Source: a virus
Virus record (IMG/VR): IMGVR_UViG_3300025276_000026
Location: 1-64,000 of that record
DNA: 64,000 nucleotides
Strand: one strand, 5' to 3'
In this document: piece after piece, positions 1-8,748 of the stretch
Layout of the letters: every line of letters starts with the position of its first letter
Position numbering within the stretch: position 1 is the first letter of the stretch
The notes under the pieces: generated by a model
What the model was told of the DNA's origin: nothing
Database searches by the model: none
What the model saw: only the letters and a program-made list of their open reading frames with translations
Position numbers and translations under genes: made by a program

Positions 1-7
1 TGATAGA

Positions 8-454
8 GTGATGAGTGAGTTGGACTATCCATCCCATAGAGTAGAACACGGTGTTATCTCTGAGAAGTCTCAATGGTTATTTGATAATTGGTCTGAGGTG
101 TGTGAGTTGACTCGTATAGATGGTGTCGAGTACTATAAGAATGACCCTTCGTATGTTGATGAGTCTATACGTGGTTCTATGGGTAATAGTCGTTTGTATC
201 CTCCCCATACGGATTGTGGTAGTCGTAAGCTTCTTACTATACTCGTACCCTTATGCGAGGTTGGGTGTCCTACTATGTTTAATGGTGTCTCTCGGTCTCG
301 TGTTTGGTGTCACGAATGGGCGTTGAATGATGCGTATATGTTTAGACCTTCTAATAGGTCATATCACTCTTATCAGAATACTATGGATTGCAATCGATGG
401 ATTGGGAATATTAATATATGTGGTGTGGTACCCGAGGGTGGGGTTTGTAACTAA
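8..454 (+). CDS. 2OG-Fe(II) oxygenase-like protein (only plus-strand gene in the window; start may lie further upstream)
   Basis: HTD iron motif (PPHTDCGSRKLLTILVPL), distal H (SYHSY) and R (NRWIGNINI) in double-stranded beta-helix spacing. Confidence 0.6.
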   Translation: MMSELDYPSHRVEHGVISEKSQWLFDNWSEVCELTRIDGVEYYKNDPSYVDESIRGSMGNSRLYPPHTDCGSRKLLTILVPLCEVGCPTMFNGVSRSRVWCHEWALNDAYMFRPSNRSYHSYQNTMDCNRWIGNINICGVVPEGGVCN

Positions 455-503
455 ACAGTTTTATGGACGTTAAAGTGTCGAGACCCGACACTTTGTTGCA
501 CGT

Positions 504-1241
504 CTAGTCTATCTCTTGTCTTACTTCGATGTGTAGGAATGCGTCTAGTCCCTTGGTCTCGTTGTATATACTAGGTGGGTCGAGTCTTGTGTTGGTAACG
601 TGTCCGTCTATATGGATATCGAATGCTTGGGACATTCTTGGTTCCGTTCTCGTGTTGGAGTCTACGGAATGCACGATGAGTGGTGAGAATAGATGCAAGT
701 CACCTCTTATGTTCTCTACCCATCCCTTACCTTGGTACCATGTACCGTATTCTCTATGTTTGTTCTCACTTAGGAAAACATTACCGCTAATCATGTGATT
801 CCTAGCGATGTCTTCGAAGGGTAGGTGTGCATCGATAGTCTTATACTCATGTTTACCTATGAGAGGTCTCTGCATCTTAGTACCATCTTCGTATTCAAGA
901 CTTGCATGTCGATGGGGTTTGATACCCTCACCAGTAGTCCATAGATTACACCATGACTTAATGAATATATCGTTTACGTCTCTCGTGTCTACTTGTTGTA
1001 CTAACCTTTCTATTAACGAGATGTTGAGTTCCTCTTCTATGAGAGGTATCCAGTTAAATGAAGCGTGTAATGCAGTCAATCCTACGTAACCATTATCATT
1101 AGACAAAGCAAAATCCCCATACTCTCGTATAAGGGATTCTGATTTGTTGGTGATGAGTTCACAGATAGAGTCACACTCTGAGTCTGTATAGAACTTAGGA
1201 ATAACTACGTGGTAGTCTTCACTCTGTCTTATAGAACCCAA
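504..1241 (-). CDS. putative 2OG-Fe(II) oxygenase (phage TIGR02466-like)
   Basis: SWCNLW...PHRH, ISGNVFL, GDLHLFSPLIVHSV...RMSQAFDI pattern. Confidence 0.7.
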   Translation of the reverse strand: MGSIRQSEDYHVVIPKFYTDSECDSICELITNKSESLIREYGDFALSNDNGYVGLTALHASFNWIPLIEEELNISLIERLVQQVDTRDVNDIFIKSWCNLWTTGEGIKPHRHASLEYEDGTKMQRPLIGKHEYKTIDAHLPFEDIARNHMISGNVFLSENKHREYGTWYQGKGWVENIRGDLHLFSPLIVHSVDSNTRTEPRMSQAFDIHIDGHVTNTRLDPPSIYNETKGLDAFLHIEVRQEID

Positions 1242-2098
1242 AGTTGTAGATACCTATCTGACACTGGATTGTCTGTGCCCTTTAGATGGACGAATGAACA
1301 TTGTTGAGTGATAGTCCTATACTCATGGTCATAAGAGATGAACTTTGCATCCATATCTCCACCTTGACCTCTCCAATCTTCGGGGTAAGACGGTCTTACG
1401 TTAGTCTCCCATTTCTGATTGATTTCTAGGTTTGCAAATTCATCGTTGATATGATATTGACCTATCATACCATGCATGGTATTAAGAATCATACCGTGGT
1501 TCTCTGCAATTTGGTCTTCGATGTATTGTTGTACGTTAGTTCCGTACTTTGCTTGGATTCCAGCTTTGTCTGCAACGAAGTTGTCTACGATATACTTACC
1601 GTTACCCTGTACGAATCCTATGAAATGTGGGAAATATTGTGTGTCACCGTCTTCCATCCAGTTACGTTCTTGATAGAAAAATGATGTGTCGTTTGCTTTG
1701 ATACTATCTGTCTCTTCTGTAGTGAACGTGAAGTTACACTCGTCTGTAGTACCCTTATGTGGTAGTCCTTCATAGACAACGGATGTACACATATTACGTG
1801 CAACTACCCTAGCGTCTACGATAGTACATTTAGACTCTTCTCTGAGTCCTTTCATGTCACCGTCCCATAGTAAGACCTTATACCATTCATCATGAATGAT
1901 GTCTGCATCTTTCATTAATGGAATGACACGGATACCTTCATCCAGTCCTGTTGCATCATCTGTATAACAAGATAACCTTGCAACTGACATACCGTCATTG
2001 TCTAACGTTCTTTGTCTATCCAACGATAGTTTTAATCGGTTCACGTCCTCTGACGTAATGCCTAGACCTTCGGTCTTTACTGTAATCACTTCAAACAT
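1229..2098 (-). CDS. glycosyltransferase-like (GT-A fold) protein, possibly degenerate
   Basis: N-terminus VITVK...VNRLK...CYTDDATGLDEGIRVIPL...WYKVLLW resembles phage GT-A proteins; expected DxD reads DAR. Confidence 0.45.
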   Translation of the reverse strand: MFEVITVKTEGLGITSEDVNRLKLSLDRQRTLDNDGMSVARLSCYTDDATGLDEGIRVIPLMKDADIIHDEWYKVLLWDGDMKGLREESKCTIVDARVVARNMCTSVVYEGLPHKGTTDECNFTFTTEETDSIKANDTSFFYQERNWMEDGDTQYFPHFIGFVQGNGKYIVDNFVADKAGIQAKYGTNVQQYIEDQIAENHGMILNTMHGMIGQYHINDEFANLEINQKWETNVRPSYPEDWRGQGGDMDAKFISYDHEYRTITQQCSFVHLKGTDNPVSDRYLQLWVL

Positions 2099-2155
2099 TT
2101 AAAACTCCTAATAATATAATAATAATGTTGTGTTGTTGTATTTATTTAGGTATAC

Positions 2156-2198
2156 AAAAAAACCCTTCATATGTATCTATTATAATGCAAATGAAGGG
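2156..2198 (-). terminator. intrinsic terminator-like hairpin whose loop contains a -10 box
   Basis: CCCTTCAT-N20-ATGAAGGG followed by a T7 run on the minus strand. Confidence 0.55.
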
Positions 2199-2207
2199 AA
2201 TATCCAA
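2179..2207 (-). promoter_or_regulatory. sigma70-type promoter
   Basis: TTGGAT-N17-TATAAT upstream of ORF 1229..2098. Confidence 0.5.
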
Positions 2208-2219
2208 GAGGCTTTCTGC

Positions 2220-2339
2220 TTATTGTTCCATTAATTCTAGAACTTTATGCATCCGACCACTCTTCATCATAATATGAAATTGTGTCCACTTGTCTTCACT
2301 GTAATCAGCAAGGACGGACACTAATGATTTAATACTCAT
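2220..2339 (-). CDS. 39-aa peptide MSIKSLVSVLADYSEDKWTQFHIMMKSGRMHKVLELMEQ (below ORF-track cutoff)
   Basis: open frame read by hand; strong SD AAGGAG 7 nt upstream of ATG. Confidence 0.7.
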   Translation of the reverse strand: MSIKSLVSVLADYSEDKWTQFHIMMKSGRMHKVLELMEQ

Positions 2340-2354
2340 TTGTATTCTCCTTTA

Positions 2355-2440
2355 TTGTCGTGACTGAATGAAACTAGTGTTTTTTCGTGTACCGACCTCG
2401 GCACATTACTCCATCTGTTTGTAACACTTTTGTCACATAG
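2355..2440 (-). ncRNA. candidate structured cis-regulatory leader RNA
   Basis: nested pairings GUGAC/GUCAC, AGUGUU/AACACU, hairpin UGUGCCG-AGGU-CGGUACA flanked by AGUA/GAA. Confidence 0.35.
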
Positions 2441-2461
2441 ATATATATGCCGTGAGACATT

Positions 2462-3064
2462 TTACCAGTTGTACGTTAGTCCAACTGAGGCTGAATCTGC
2501 AACCTGTGATTCGAATACGTCTTGTCCTAACTTTGCTTTCACATAGAAGTTGGATGTTCCAAGGCGTTTCCCTATCGTAACCATACCAAAGGTATCGTTC
2601 TTTGTGTATAACCCGCCGATGATAGTCACATCTAAGTTAGGTATGAACCATAACTTGTATCTGATTTCACCATAGTTATCATTATCTTCTACATTCTGAA
2701 AGTATGCAAGAGATAAGTTGTTGTATGATAGTATTGCATACAACTCTTCGAATGATTCGACGTTACCGTCATAGGTATATCTCATATACCCAAGGTCTAG
2801 TACAGTGACATCTGATACTTGTAGTTTGTAACCACCGTAATAGTCTGTCTCACTTGTTGCATCATCAAACTCTACGTCTGAATTCCATGCACCAATATAC
2901 CATCCATCATGAGTCACTTCTGCACCCACTGAGAATGCTGGTTGATTACCTTGAGACATTCCTCTCCATACGTAATCACTTGTGTACCCAATGGTACCGC
3001 CTATTTCAACTGCACTTGCAGTGAATGTGAATGCCATTAGACATCCTAATAATATATTTTTCAT
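2462..3064 (-). CDS. TorF family putative outer-membrane porin (TIGR02001/Gcw_chp-like)
   Basis: signal peptide, SDYVWRGMSQ, GWYIGAW, ETDYYGGY, LDLGYMRYTY motifs, C-terminal aromatic residue (YNW). Confidence 0.85.
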   Translation of the reverse strand: MKNILLGCLMAFTFTASAVEIGGTIGYTSDYVWRGMSQGNQPAFSVGAEVTHDGWYIGAWNSDVEFDDATSETDYYGGYKLQVSDVTVLDLGYMRYTYDGNVESFEELYAILSYNNLSLAYFQNVEDNDNYGEIRYKLWFIPNLDVTIIGGLYTKNDTFGMVTIGKRLGTSNFYVKAKLGQDVFESQVADSASVGLTYNW

Positions 3065-3088
3065 ATACTTCTCCTTTTAATTAATTAA

Positions 3089-3164
3089 TGGTGGAGCTGA
3101 TAGGGTTCGAACCTACGACATCCACGTTGCAAACGTGGCGCTCTCCCAACTGAGCTACAGCCCC
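3089..3164 (-). tRNA. tRNA-Ala (UGC)
   Basis: GGGGCTGTAGCTCAGTTGGGAGAGC...TTTGCAA...GGTTCGAACC...CAGCTCCACCA cloverleaf with encoded CCA. Confidence 0.97.
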
Positions 3165-3174
3165 ATTAATGTGT

Positions 3175-3354
3175 CTACTTAGTAGACGTTTTCTTAACAG
3201 TAGGTTTCTTCTTACCCCTACTCTTGTAGACTCTTTCTTTCGATTCGTCTATATCGGGTGTTGATTTGTCGTCTGCAATATACTGACCTTTGTCATTTCT
3301 TGCTCTGATATCCTCGTAACCCAAGAATGTTGTGATTTTATTCCAAAATCCCAT
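3175..3354 (-). CDS. small basic hypothetical phage protein
   Basis: start MGFWNK after SD AGGAG; RARNDKGQYIADD motif; Lys-rich tail. Confidence 0.65.
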   Translation of the reverse strand: MGFWNKITTFLGYEDIRARNDKGQYIADDKSTPDIDESKERVYKSRGKKKPTVKKTSTK

Positions 3355-3364
3355 AGTTCTCTCC

Positions 3365-4033
3365 TTATTTATAATGAATATTACCAGCCACCGATATCCT
3401 TTCACCTTTAGGGTCATGGAATGGGTAGACGGAATGATTTAACCACGATGGGAAGATTAGTATATCTCCTTTCTCGGGGTAGTGGTTCAGAGAAGTCCAG
3501 TTCATAAACTGAGTCTCTCCGTAATGCAGTTCTATATGTCCTGCGAGTTTCTTGATTGCTTGATTGTCCATCGGCACATCACTTTGTGCTGAATTGTTAT
3601 CAAACTTATTGTTTACTGCATCCTGTTCGGATATGGTGTTCTTGGTATAGAACACAAATGAGAACATACCATCGTGTGCATGGATAGGATTGTACTCGAA
3701 TTCTTTTTGTAGATTGACCCATAGTCCCTCTATTTTCATGTCTTGGTGTTGGATATTCATTCCTGTACTCTGAGCCCATGCAGTCGTGTGTACTAGGATG
3801 TGTTCTTTCAGCTCTGGTGATACTAGGTCTTCGATAGTTAACTGGTCATTGACTCGACCAGCAAGTTGTCCACCTACGTCATATTTGACATCACCACGTC
3901 TTTGTTCTATACAGGTGTTTGCTTCTTTGATGAACTCTTTGTCAAGTTTACCAATCCATACAGGTGGGCCGAAAGGTGAGAGTGTTTCTCCCTCTGGCAA
4001 TTGTGGATACTTACTATCGTAATGTGTTATCAT
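3365..4033 (-). CDS. putative 2OG-Fe(II) oxygenase (TIGR02466-like)
   Basis: LWVNLQ...NPIHAH...SFVFY; GDILIFPSWLNHSVYPF...ERISVAGN. Confidence 0.85.
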   Translation of the reverse strand: MITHYDSKYPQLPEGETLSPFGPPVWIGKLDKEFIKEANTCIEQRRGDVKYDVGGQLAGRVNDQLTIEDLVSPELKEHILVHTTAWAQSTGMNIQHQDMKIEGLWVNLQKEFEYNPIHAHDGMFSFVFYTKNTISEQDAVNNKFDNNSAQSDVPMDNQAIKKLAGHIELHYGETQFMNWTSLNHYPEKGDILIFPSWLNHSVYPFHDPKGERISVAGNIHYK

Positions 4034-4206
4034 AAAAAGTATTTGGGAAGTTTAGAAACTTCTAACCAAGTTGCAATCCATAGAAATGTATAGATAGGAA
4101 GTACATATTCCAATGGAATGAATACTTCCAATGGAATGAATACTGTCCCTATAACGAGAACTCCTTGAACTAGTACAAGTGTTTTTAATGATACAGTAAG
4201 TTTCAT
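4030..4206 (-). CDS. 58-aa hydrophobic membrane peptide
   Basis: MKLTVSLKTLVLVQGVLVIGTVFIPLEVFIPLEYVLPIYTFLWIATWLEVSKLPKYFL; ATGA overlaps at both ends. Confidence 0.65.
   Translation of the reverse strand: MKLTVSLKTLVLVQGVLVIGTVFIPLEVFIPLEYVLPIYTFLWIATWLEVSKLPKYFL
4108..4143. repeat. perfect 18-bp tandem duplication
   Basis: ttccaatggaatgaatac x2, in frame (VFIPLE VFIPLE). Confidence 0.95.
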
Positions 4207-4436
4207 TCTGCTACGATTGGTACTAAGTGTGCTGTTTTGATACCCATCTTCTCTCTTCGTGCGAACTCATTAAGGATTTTCTGCCGTAATTTACCCTTAC
4301 CTTTAGTAGCCTTTATTTTGTTGTACTCCTCTATCAATTCCTTAATAGGTGTACTCTTCATATAATGGTGTACTGTGGTTTTCTTGTTGGTACCTCTGGC
4401 GACGGTAACACTTGTGGGTTTAAATTTTGTTGGCAT
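4203..4436 (-). CDS. hypothetical basic protein
   Basis: ORF packed between neighbours. Confidence 0.7.
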   Translation of the reverse strand: MPTKFKPTSVTVARGTNKKTTVHHYMKSTPIKELIEEYNKIKATKGKGKLRQKILNEFARREKMGIKTAHLVPIVAE

Positions 4437-4441
4437 TTCTT

Positions 4442-4609
4442 TTATCCTTTTCTTTCCTTGGTTCGGGGTTTATTTATAACATGCCAGTCGTGACTACAAT
4501 ATGCGTCACAAAAAACATGCACTGGTTGTTGGGTTGTTGGTGTATGATATTTAATTCTTTGTACATCTAACTCTTTCTTACATTCACTACATCTAAGCTT
4601 GTTGCTCAT
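4442..4609 (-). CDS. small zinc-finger protein (TRASH/MYM-like)
   Basis: CSEC...FCDAYC motif; start MSNKLRC. Confidence 0.6.
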   Translation of the reverse strand: MSNKLRCSECKKELDVQRIKYHTPTTQQPVHVFCDAYCSHDWHVINKPRTKERKG

Positions 4610-5237
4610 GGGCGTCTTCCTTATCGTCATCTACCCTTGTGAACCATATTGCAAAGACGTATCTGTCTCCTTCAAATATGGGCTCTACACTATGCCATCT
4701 TTCAGTTGAATTGTTGAAAAATACCATAGTACCTCGTCTCGGGAATATTGTATGTCCTTCAACATTCAATGTCCCACCTACATATTCCTCATTCAACATG
4801 AATATGCATGTTCCTGTATCATTCGCATCTGCACTGTCCTTGTGCCACTGGAACATAGAATCTTTTGGATACTTCATTATAGTAGCATAGGTTATCTCTG
4901 CAAAGTCTCGTGACTTAGGAAGATATGGTTCTATTAACTCCAATACCTGTTCAAATTGCATAGTACCTTGTTCTAGTACTGCTACATCATGATTGGTACT
5001 TGGATGTGTATATCTCCATGACCTATCTAGGTCATCCTTATCCTCGGGACAAATCTCACCATTTTGTAATTGGTCGACCCTTGATACTGGTAATGATTCT
5101 AGTACGTTTATTATAACATCACATGAGTCTCTCGTCAAGACGCTATCTGCAATTGTTAGTATATTTGCACTAGACCCTTCTTCTTCGTTATGGTCTTTTT
5201 CTACTTGTCCTTTTACTACCAGTTTACGTCTTGGCAT
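4593..5237 (-). CDS. 2OG-Fe(II) oxygenase (prolyl-4-hydroxylase-like)
   Basis: FQWHKD, MLNEEYVGG, WHSVEPI, RYVFAIW; probable start MPRRK. Confidence 0.88.
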   Translation of the reverse strand: MPRRKLVVKGQVEKDHNEEEGSSANILTIADSVLTRDSCDVIINVLESLPVSRVDQLQNGEICPEDKDDLDRSWRYTHPSTNHDVAVLEQGTMQFEQVLELIEPYLPKSRDFAEITYATIMKYPKDSMFQWHKDSADANDTGTCIFMLNEEYVGGTLNVEGHTIFPRRGTMVFFNNSTERWHSVEPIFEGDRYVFAIWFTRVDDDKEDAHEQQA

Positions 5238-5967
5238 TGTCTTTCTCTCTTTCTTGCTCTTGGTGTTGAGCATATCTGTTATCATTAGGATGGAAGAATC
5301 TCACGTATGAGTATCTCCAGTCATCACCACTGTATTTGTCATAGTCATCTATCCATGCACCATGTAACTTATTACCTGTAAAGATAACACATGTGTTAAA
5401 TTCAGCTGGTATTATATAGTCCACTTCGAAGTCTTTCTCAACTTCATATAGAACACCCATGTGTTCCATGTTTGTAATCCACTCACCTTTGTATACTGCA
5501 GTTCCACCACTCTCATGCTTGTCCATATAGACTAACATGTTCAGTGTGGATTGGTCATCGGGTGTAATGAATGCACTATCGATGTGTGGATAGTGTTGCA
5601 TCTTTGGGTCAAACTCTGTGATAGTTTGGAAACAGTTGAACTCATGTATCTGTTGATAGTCATAGTCACCTTTCCACCAATACTTTCTGCAAAGGTCTAG
5701 TATTCTGTCCATTTCATTGACGCCGACCCTAGTAGGATGTCCTATCTTGTCTGTAATACGACAATCATTATATACGGTACCGTTAGGTGAGTCTCTCTCT
5801 GTAGAGTATTTCCACATAGGATACTGTCTACTTGAGATATGTTCATATACATCTTCGGGATTCTCAAAGAAATTCTTAATGGTGATAACACCGTTCTCGA
5901 ATGTGTGTTCTAATTTGGGATTCACTGCATACAGTTCATCTAGTGCATATGTCTTCTTCATTACCAA
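5224..5967 (-). CDS. 2OG-Fe(II) oxygenase (DUF6445-like)
   Basis: IKNFFENP, YPHID, LVYM...GGTAVY, FNTCVIF...LHGA...WR. Confidence 0.8.
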   Translation of the reverse strand: MVMKKTYALDELYAVNPKLEHTFENGVITIKNFFENPEDVYEHISSRQYPMWKYSTERDSPNGTVYNDCRITDKIGHPTRVGVNEMDRILDLCRKYWWKGDYDYQQIHEFNCFQTITEFDPKMQHYPHIDSAFITPDDQSTLNMLVYMDKHESGGTAVYKGEWITNMEHMGVLYEVEKDFEVDYIIPAEFNTCVIFTGNKLHGAWIDDYDKYSGDDWRYSYVRFFHPNDNRYAQHQEQEREKDNAKT

Positions 5968-6143
5968 GTCCTTAAAATGTTAATCATAATCAATATCGTA
6001 CAAGCAATATTCACCCCTACTATGAGGGTTCTGATTACGGCTATTTTGTTTTCGTTCTGAGGATTATATCCATCCTCTTCGTCAAATGCTCCTAGAGCAT
6101 GTTTCCATATGTTCCAGCAGTCATATAGTATTTTCCATAACAT
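5961..6143 (-). CDS. small membrane protein
   Basis: WKHALGAFDE...IRTLIVGVNIAC with C-terminal hydrophobic helix; coupled to neighbours. Confidence 0.7.
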   Translation of the reverse strand: MLWKILYDCWNIWKHALGAFDEEDGYNPQNENKIAVIRTLIVGVNIACTILIMINILRTW

Positions 6144-6889
6144 TAGAAGATGTCTCCGTAATGGAATCTATCTCCGTGTTCAGTGTCATTTAGTGGAGTG
6201 TTATGTTTTAGGTTGAATGATATCGAGTATCTTGTCTCGGGGTCATCCTTCTCGTCTGCTTGTGGAACCGAGTGCATCATATACGACGGCCACATTAGGA
6301 AATCACCAGCGGTTGGTTCGAAATGCATATCGGATTGAAATCCTGTGCAACCAGTAAATGCCATGTTTGGTTTGTCATCTTGAAACAACAAATCCTCATT
6401 ACCATTGTGTGCGTATTGGGCTGCCATGTTAGGATTCCAAAACTTGATTGGTCTCTTCGATGAGTTGACATAGTAAGTGCCACTTATATATGAGTCAACA
6501 TGATTGTGTATGTCATGCATGTTATCACTACCGTATCTGTTGACCCATGCAAATAAATGTATGTCGTGTCTTGATAGGTGACTCACGTCTTTGTGAAACT
6601 GAGTACGTATGAATTCTATGTAAGTATCCTTCATCGTATTAGAGAAGTCTGACCACCATGATAGTTTATGAGTTTGCTGTCTCACGTCTTCATCGAAGTA
6701 GGACGTGTAGTCACTCAATCTATCTTTGTTCTCTTTCAATGAAACCGTATCAACAAGACTATCAATATCTTTCATGATAGTCAACGCGTTAAGTGGCATT
6801 TGACCCCTTAGAAAAGGAGTCGAAAACAGACCCATAACTCTATGTTGAGCTGGTGAGTACTGTGACTGGATTTGTCTATTTGGTCTCAT
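6143..6889 (-). CDS. putative 2OG-Fe(II) oxygenase (TIGR02466-like)
   Basis: AWVN...HDIHNH...ISGTYYV; GDFLMWPSYMMHSV...RYSISFN. Confidence 0.87.
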   Translation of the reverse strand: MRPNRQIQSQYSPAQHRVMGLFSTPFLRGQMPLNALTIMKDIDSLVDTVSLKENKDRLSDYTSYFDEDVRQQTHKLSWWSDFSNTMKDTYIEFIRTQFHKDVSHLSRHDIHLFAWVNRYGSDNMHDIHNHVDSYISGTYYVNSSKRPIKFWNPNMAAQYAHNGNEDLLFQDDKPNMAFTGCTGFQSDMHFEPTAGDFLMWPSYMMHSVPQADEKDDPETRYSISFNLKHNTPLNDTEHGDRFHYGDIF

Positions 6890-7382
6890 CGACTGCTTCT
6901 TCGGCAGGTTTTTTGATAGTTACGTCTCTGTAGTATACAACTACTTCACCTAACTGTTTAATGTATCTCTTTAACTCTTGCATGTTACCACTCATGACTT
7001 CATAGTCACCTATGGTGGTTGCAACGAATACTATCTCACCCCCATTCCTCTCTTTCATCTCATCTTGGAACATGTCAAAGTGGGTGTAACCAACTGGCCA
7101 ATCGGGGTTGTCTCTGTCTTCTAATGCACAGTTCTTAGGTCTCTTACCTTCTGTTCCGTCTGCTTCAATAGGTTTCCTACATAGGTTATCTGCAACAGCT
7201 TCTGATACTACGAACCAATTAGGAGCAGTTAAGTCCAATGGTCTTGGTAGTACAGGTTGAATGATTTCTATCTCAATTGGTGCTGAGATTACTTCTAACG
7301 GTTTAGTACCGAATCCTTGAAATAGACTACAACTACTCGTCGTTAGTGCTAGCGTCAAGATTGCTAATGTTCTTAGTGTCAT
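6876..7382 (-). CDS. outer-membrane lipoprotein, probable o-spanin
   Basis: lipobox-like TSSC after hydrophobic stretch, Pro-rich segment, C-terminal ELKRYIKQL helix; overlaps the i-spanin candidate. Confidence 0.7.
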   Translation of the reverse strand: MTLRTLAILTLALTTSSCSLFQGFGTKPLEVISAPIEIEIIQPVLPRPLDLTAPNWFVVSEAVADNLCRKPIEADGTEGKRPKNCALEDRDNPDWPVGYTHFDMFQDEMKERNGGEIVFVATTIGDYEVMSGNMQELKRYIKQLGEVVVYYRDVTIKKPAEEAVDETK

Positions 7383-7716
7383 CTTCTATACCCTCAAATA
7401 CTCTGACTGTTGCTCTGTTGACTTTGCCTGACATTAAGCCAGGTTTTGCAACTGCAAGTGCAGATAGATTATGTCTTTGAAATATCTGTAGATACTCCGT
7501 TTTTTCTGCTTCGATTGAAGCATTCCTACGACTCATATTAGAAAGAGCTTTTCCTTGTTTCTCAAAGGATTCCTTCATGACTGCTATAGTTCGTTGTTGT
7601 TCTTCTACCGCTGCAGTCAATTTAGCATTGTTTGCTATCAAGACTTGGTTCTGTGAATACTGAGTGTATCCAAAGAAACAGGCTGCAACGAGAAGACCGA
7701 TTAATAAATTTTGCAT
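7333..7716 (-). CDS. probable i-spanin
   Basis: N-terminal TM, coiled coil, AKPGLM motif; paired with the lipoprotein as for T4 pseT.3/pseT.2. Confidence 0.7.
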   Translation of the reverse strand: MQNLLIGLLVAACFFGYTQYSQNQVLIANNAKLTAAVEEQQRTIAVMKESFEKQGKALSNMSRRNASIEAEKTEYLQIFQRHNLSALAVAKPGLMSGKVNRATVRVFEGIEDDTKNISNLDASTNDE

Positions 7717-7718
7717 TA

Positions 7719-7988
7719 TTACTTCTCCACTATTTTGAACTCTAATCCCTTCGCAGATTGTATGTCAACTAGTTTCCCAGTGTCATGGTCTCTGAAATGA
7801 AGACGAGTTATTTTATTCACCAAGATACTTCTTGATATGTAATTCGATTTGTACATGTTACCACTCTCGGCTTGTCTGTACAGTGTAATCTCATATTCCT
7901 TTTTGAAGAGGTGTTTAAACCACTCCCATATTCTCCAAGCATATTTCTTGAAGAACTGTTTGATTGCATTAAGCATATTTTTAAGCAT
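7719..7988 (-). CDS. hypothetical protein
   Basis: ORF in operon context. Confidence 0.6.
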   Translation of the reverse strand: MLKNMLNAIKQFFKKYAWRIWEWFKHLFKKEYEITLYRQAESGNMYKSNYISRSILVNKITRLHFRDHDTGKLVDIQSAKGLEFKIVEK

Positions 7989-8631
7989 AGTCCATCCACC
8001 CAGTTATTATATATTTGACACCCGATAGAGGTGGGTTTCCTCTATGCATGTGGGTAAAACCAGCAGGCCATATAACTATGTCACCTCGTTTTGGTTTCAC
8101 TCTTAATGATTGGTATAAGAATTCTAGTTCACCACCGTCATCAACATCGTTAAGGAAGATTGCCCATGCAAGTAATGATTTGTTAGAGGATGGGCAATTG
8201 GTATGTTCACAATGCCAGACATGATAACCTTGTTGTGGTAATGTCTTTTGGATTTTGAAACCACTGACCATCAATCCTCTGTAGTTGTCCTGTACTGGAT
8301 ATCTCTGAAAGAACTGGTCTATGACCCCATCTTCCCCTTCAAGGATGTTTAGGAGTCGTGGTATCTGTCCACCGAAGTATGATGCTGGTACTTGAGTGAC
8401 GCTGATTGCGTCATCTGATTTCTTTGACACATTATCAGTGTCGTATGATTTACGTGGTAGTGTAAGACCTCTGTCTTCACACTTTTGGTACAGGTTCAAT
8501 GCATATTCGATGAACTCATCATCTACAAAACCTTTGTGTAATAGAACATGTTCACCTAAGTCGATGATTTCTCTATTGTCTTCGTCTCTTTCTCTTTCCA
8601 TAATATATGTACCAACACGCATAAGATACAA
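7981..8631 (-). CDS. 2OG-Fe(II) oxygenase (marine myophage type); true start probably about 8601
   Basis: GYHVWHCE, FLNDVDDGGELEF, WPAGFTHMHRGNPP, KYIITGW. Confidence 0.9.
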   Translation of the reverse strand: MYLMRVGTYIMERERDEDNREIIDLGEHVLLHKGFVDDEFIEYALNLYQKCEDRGLTLPRKSYDTDNVSKKSDDAISVTQVPASYFGGQIPRLLNILEGEDGVIDQFFQRYPVQDNYRGLMVSGFKIQKTLPQQGYHVWHCEHTNCPSSNKSLLAWAIFLNDVDDGGELEFLYQSLRVKPKRGDIVIWPAGFTHMHRGNPPLSGVKYIITGWMDYA

Positions 8632-8667
8632 TTATCTTATACGTATATTTAGTGTTTTTAAACTGAG

Positions 8668-8744
8668 TGGTACAACCGACAGGACTTGAACCTGTAACCT
8701 ACTGCTTAGAAGGCAGTTGCTCTATCCAGTTGAGCTACGATTGT
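8668..8744 (-). tRNA. tRNA-Arg (UCU)
   Basis: ACAATCGTAGCTCAACTGGATAGAGCAACTGCCTTCTAAGCAGT...GGTTCAAGTCC...GTTGTACCA. Confidence 0.96.
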
Positions 8745-8748
8745 ATTT

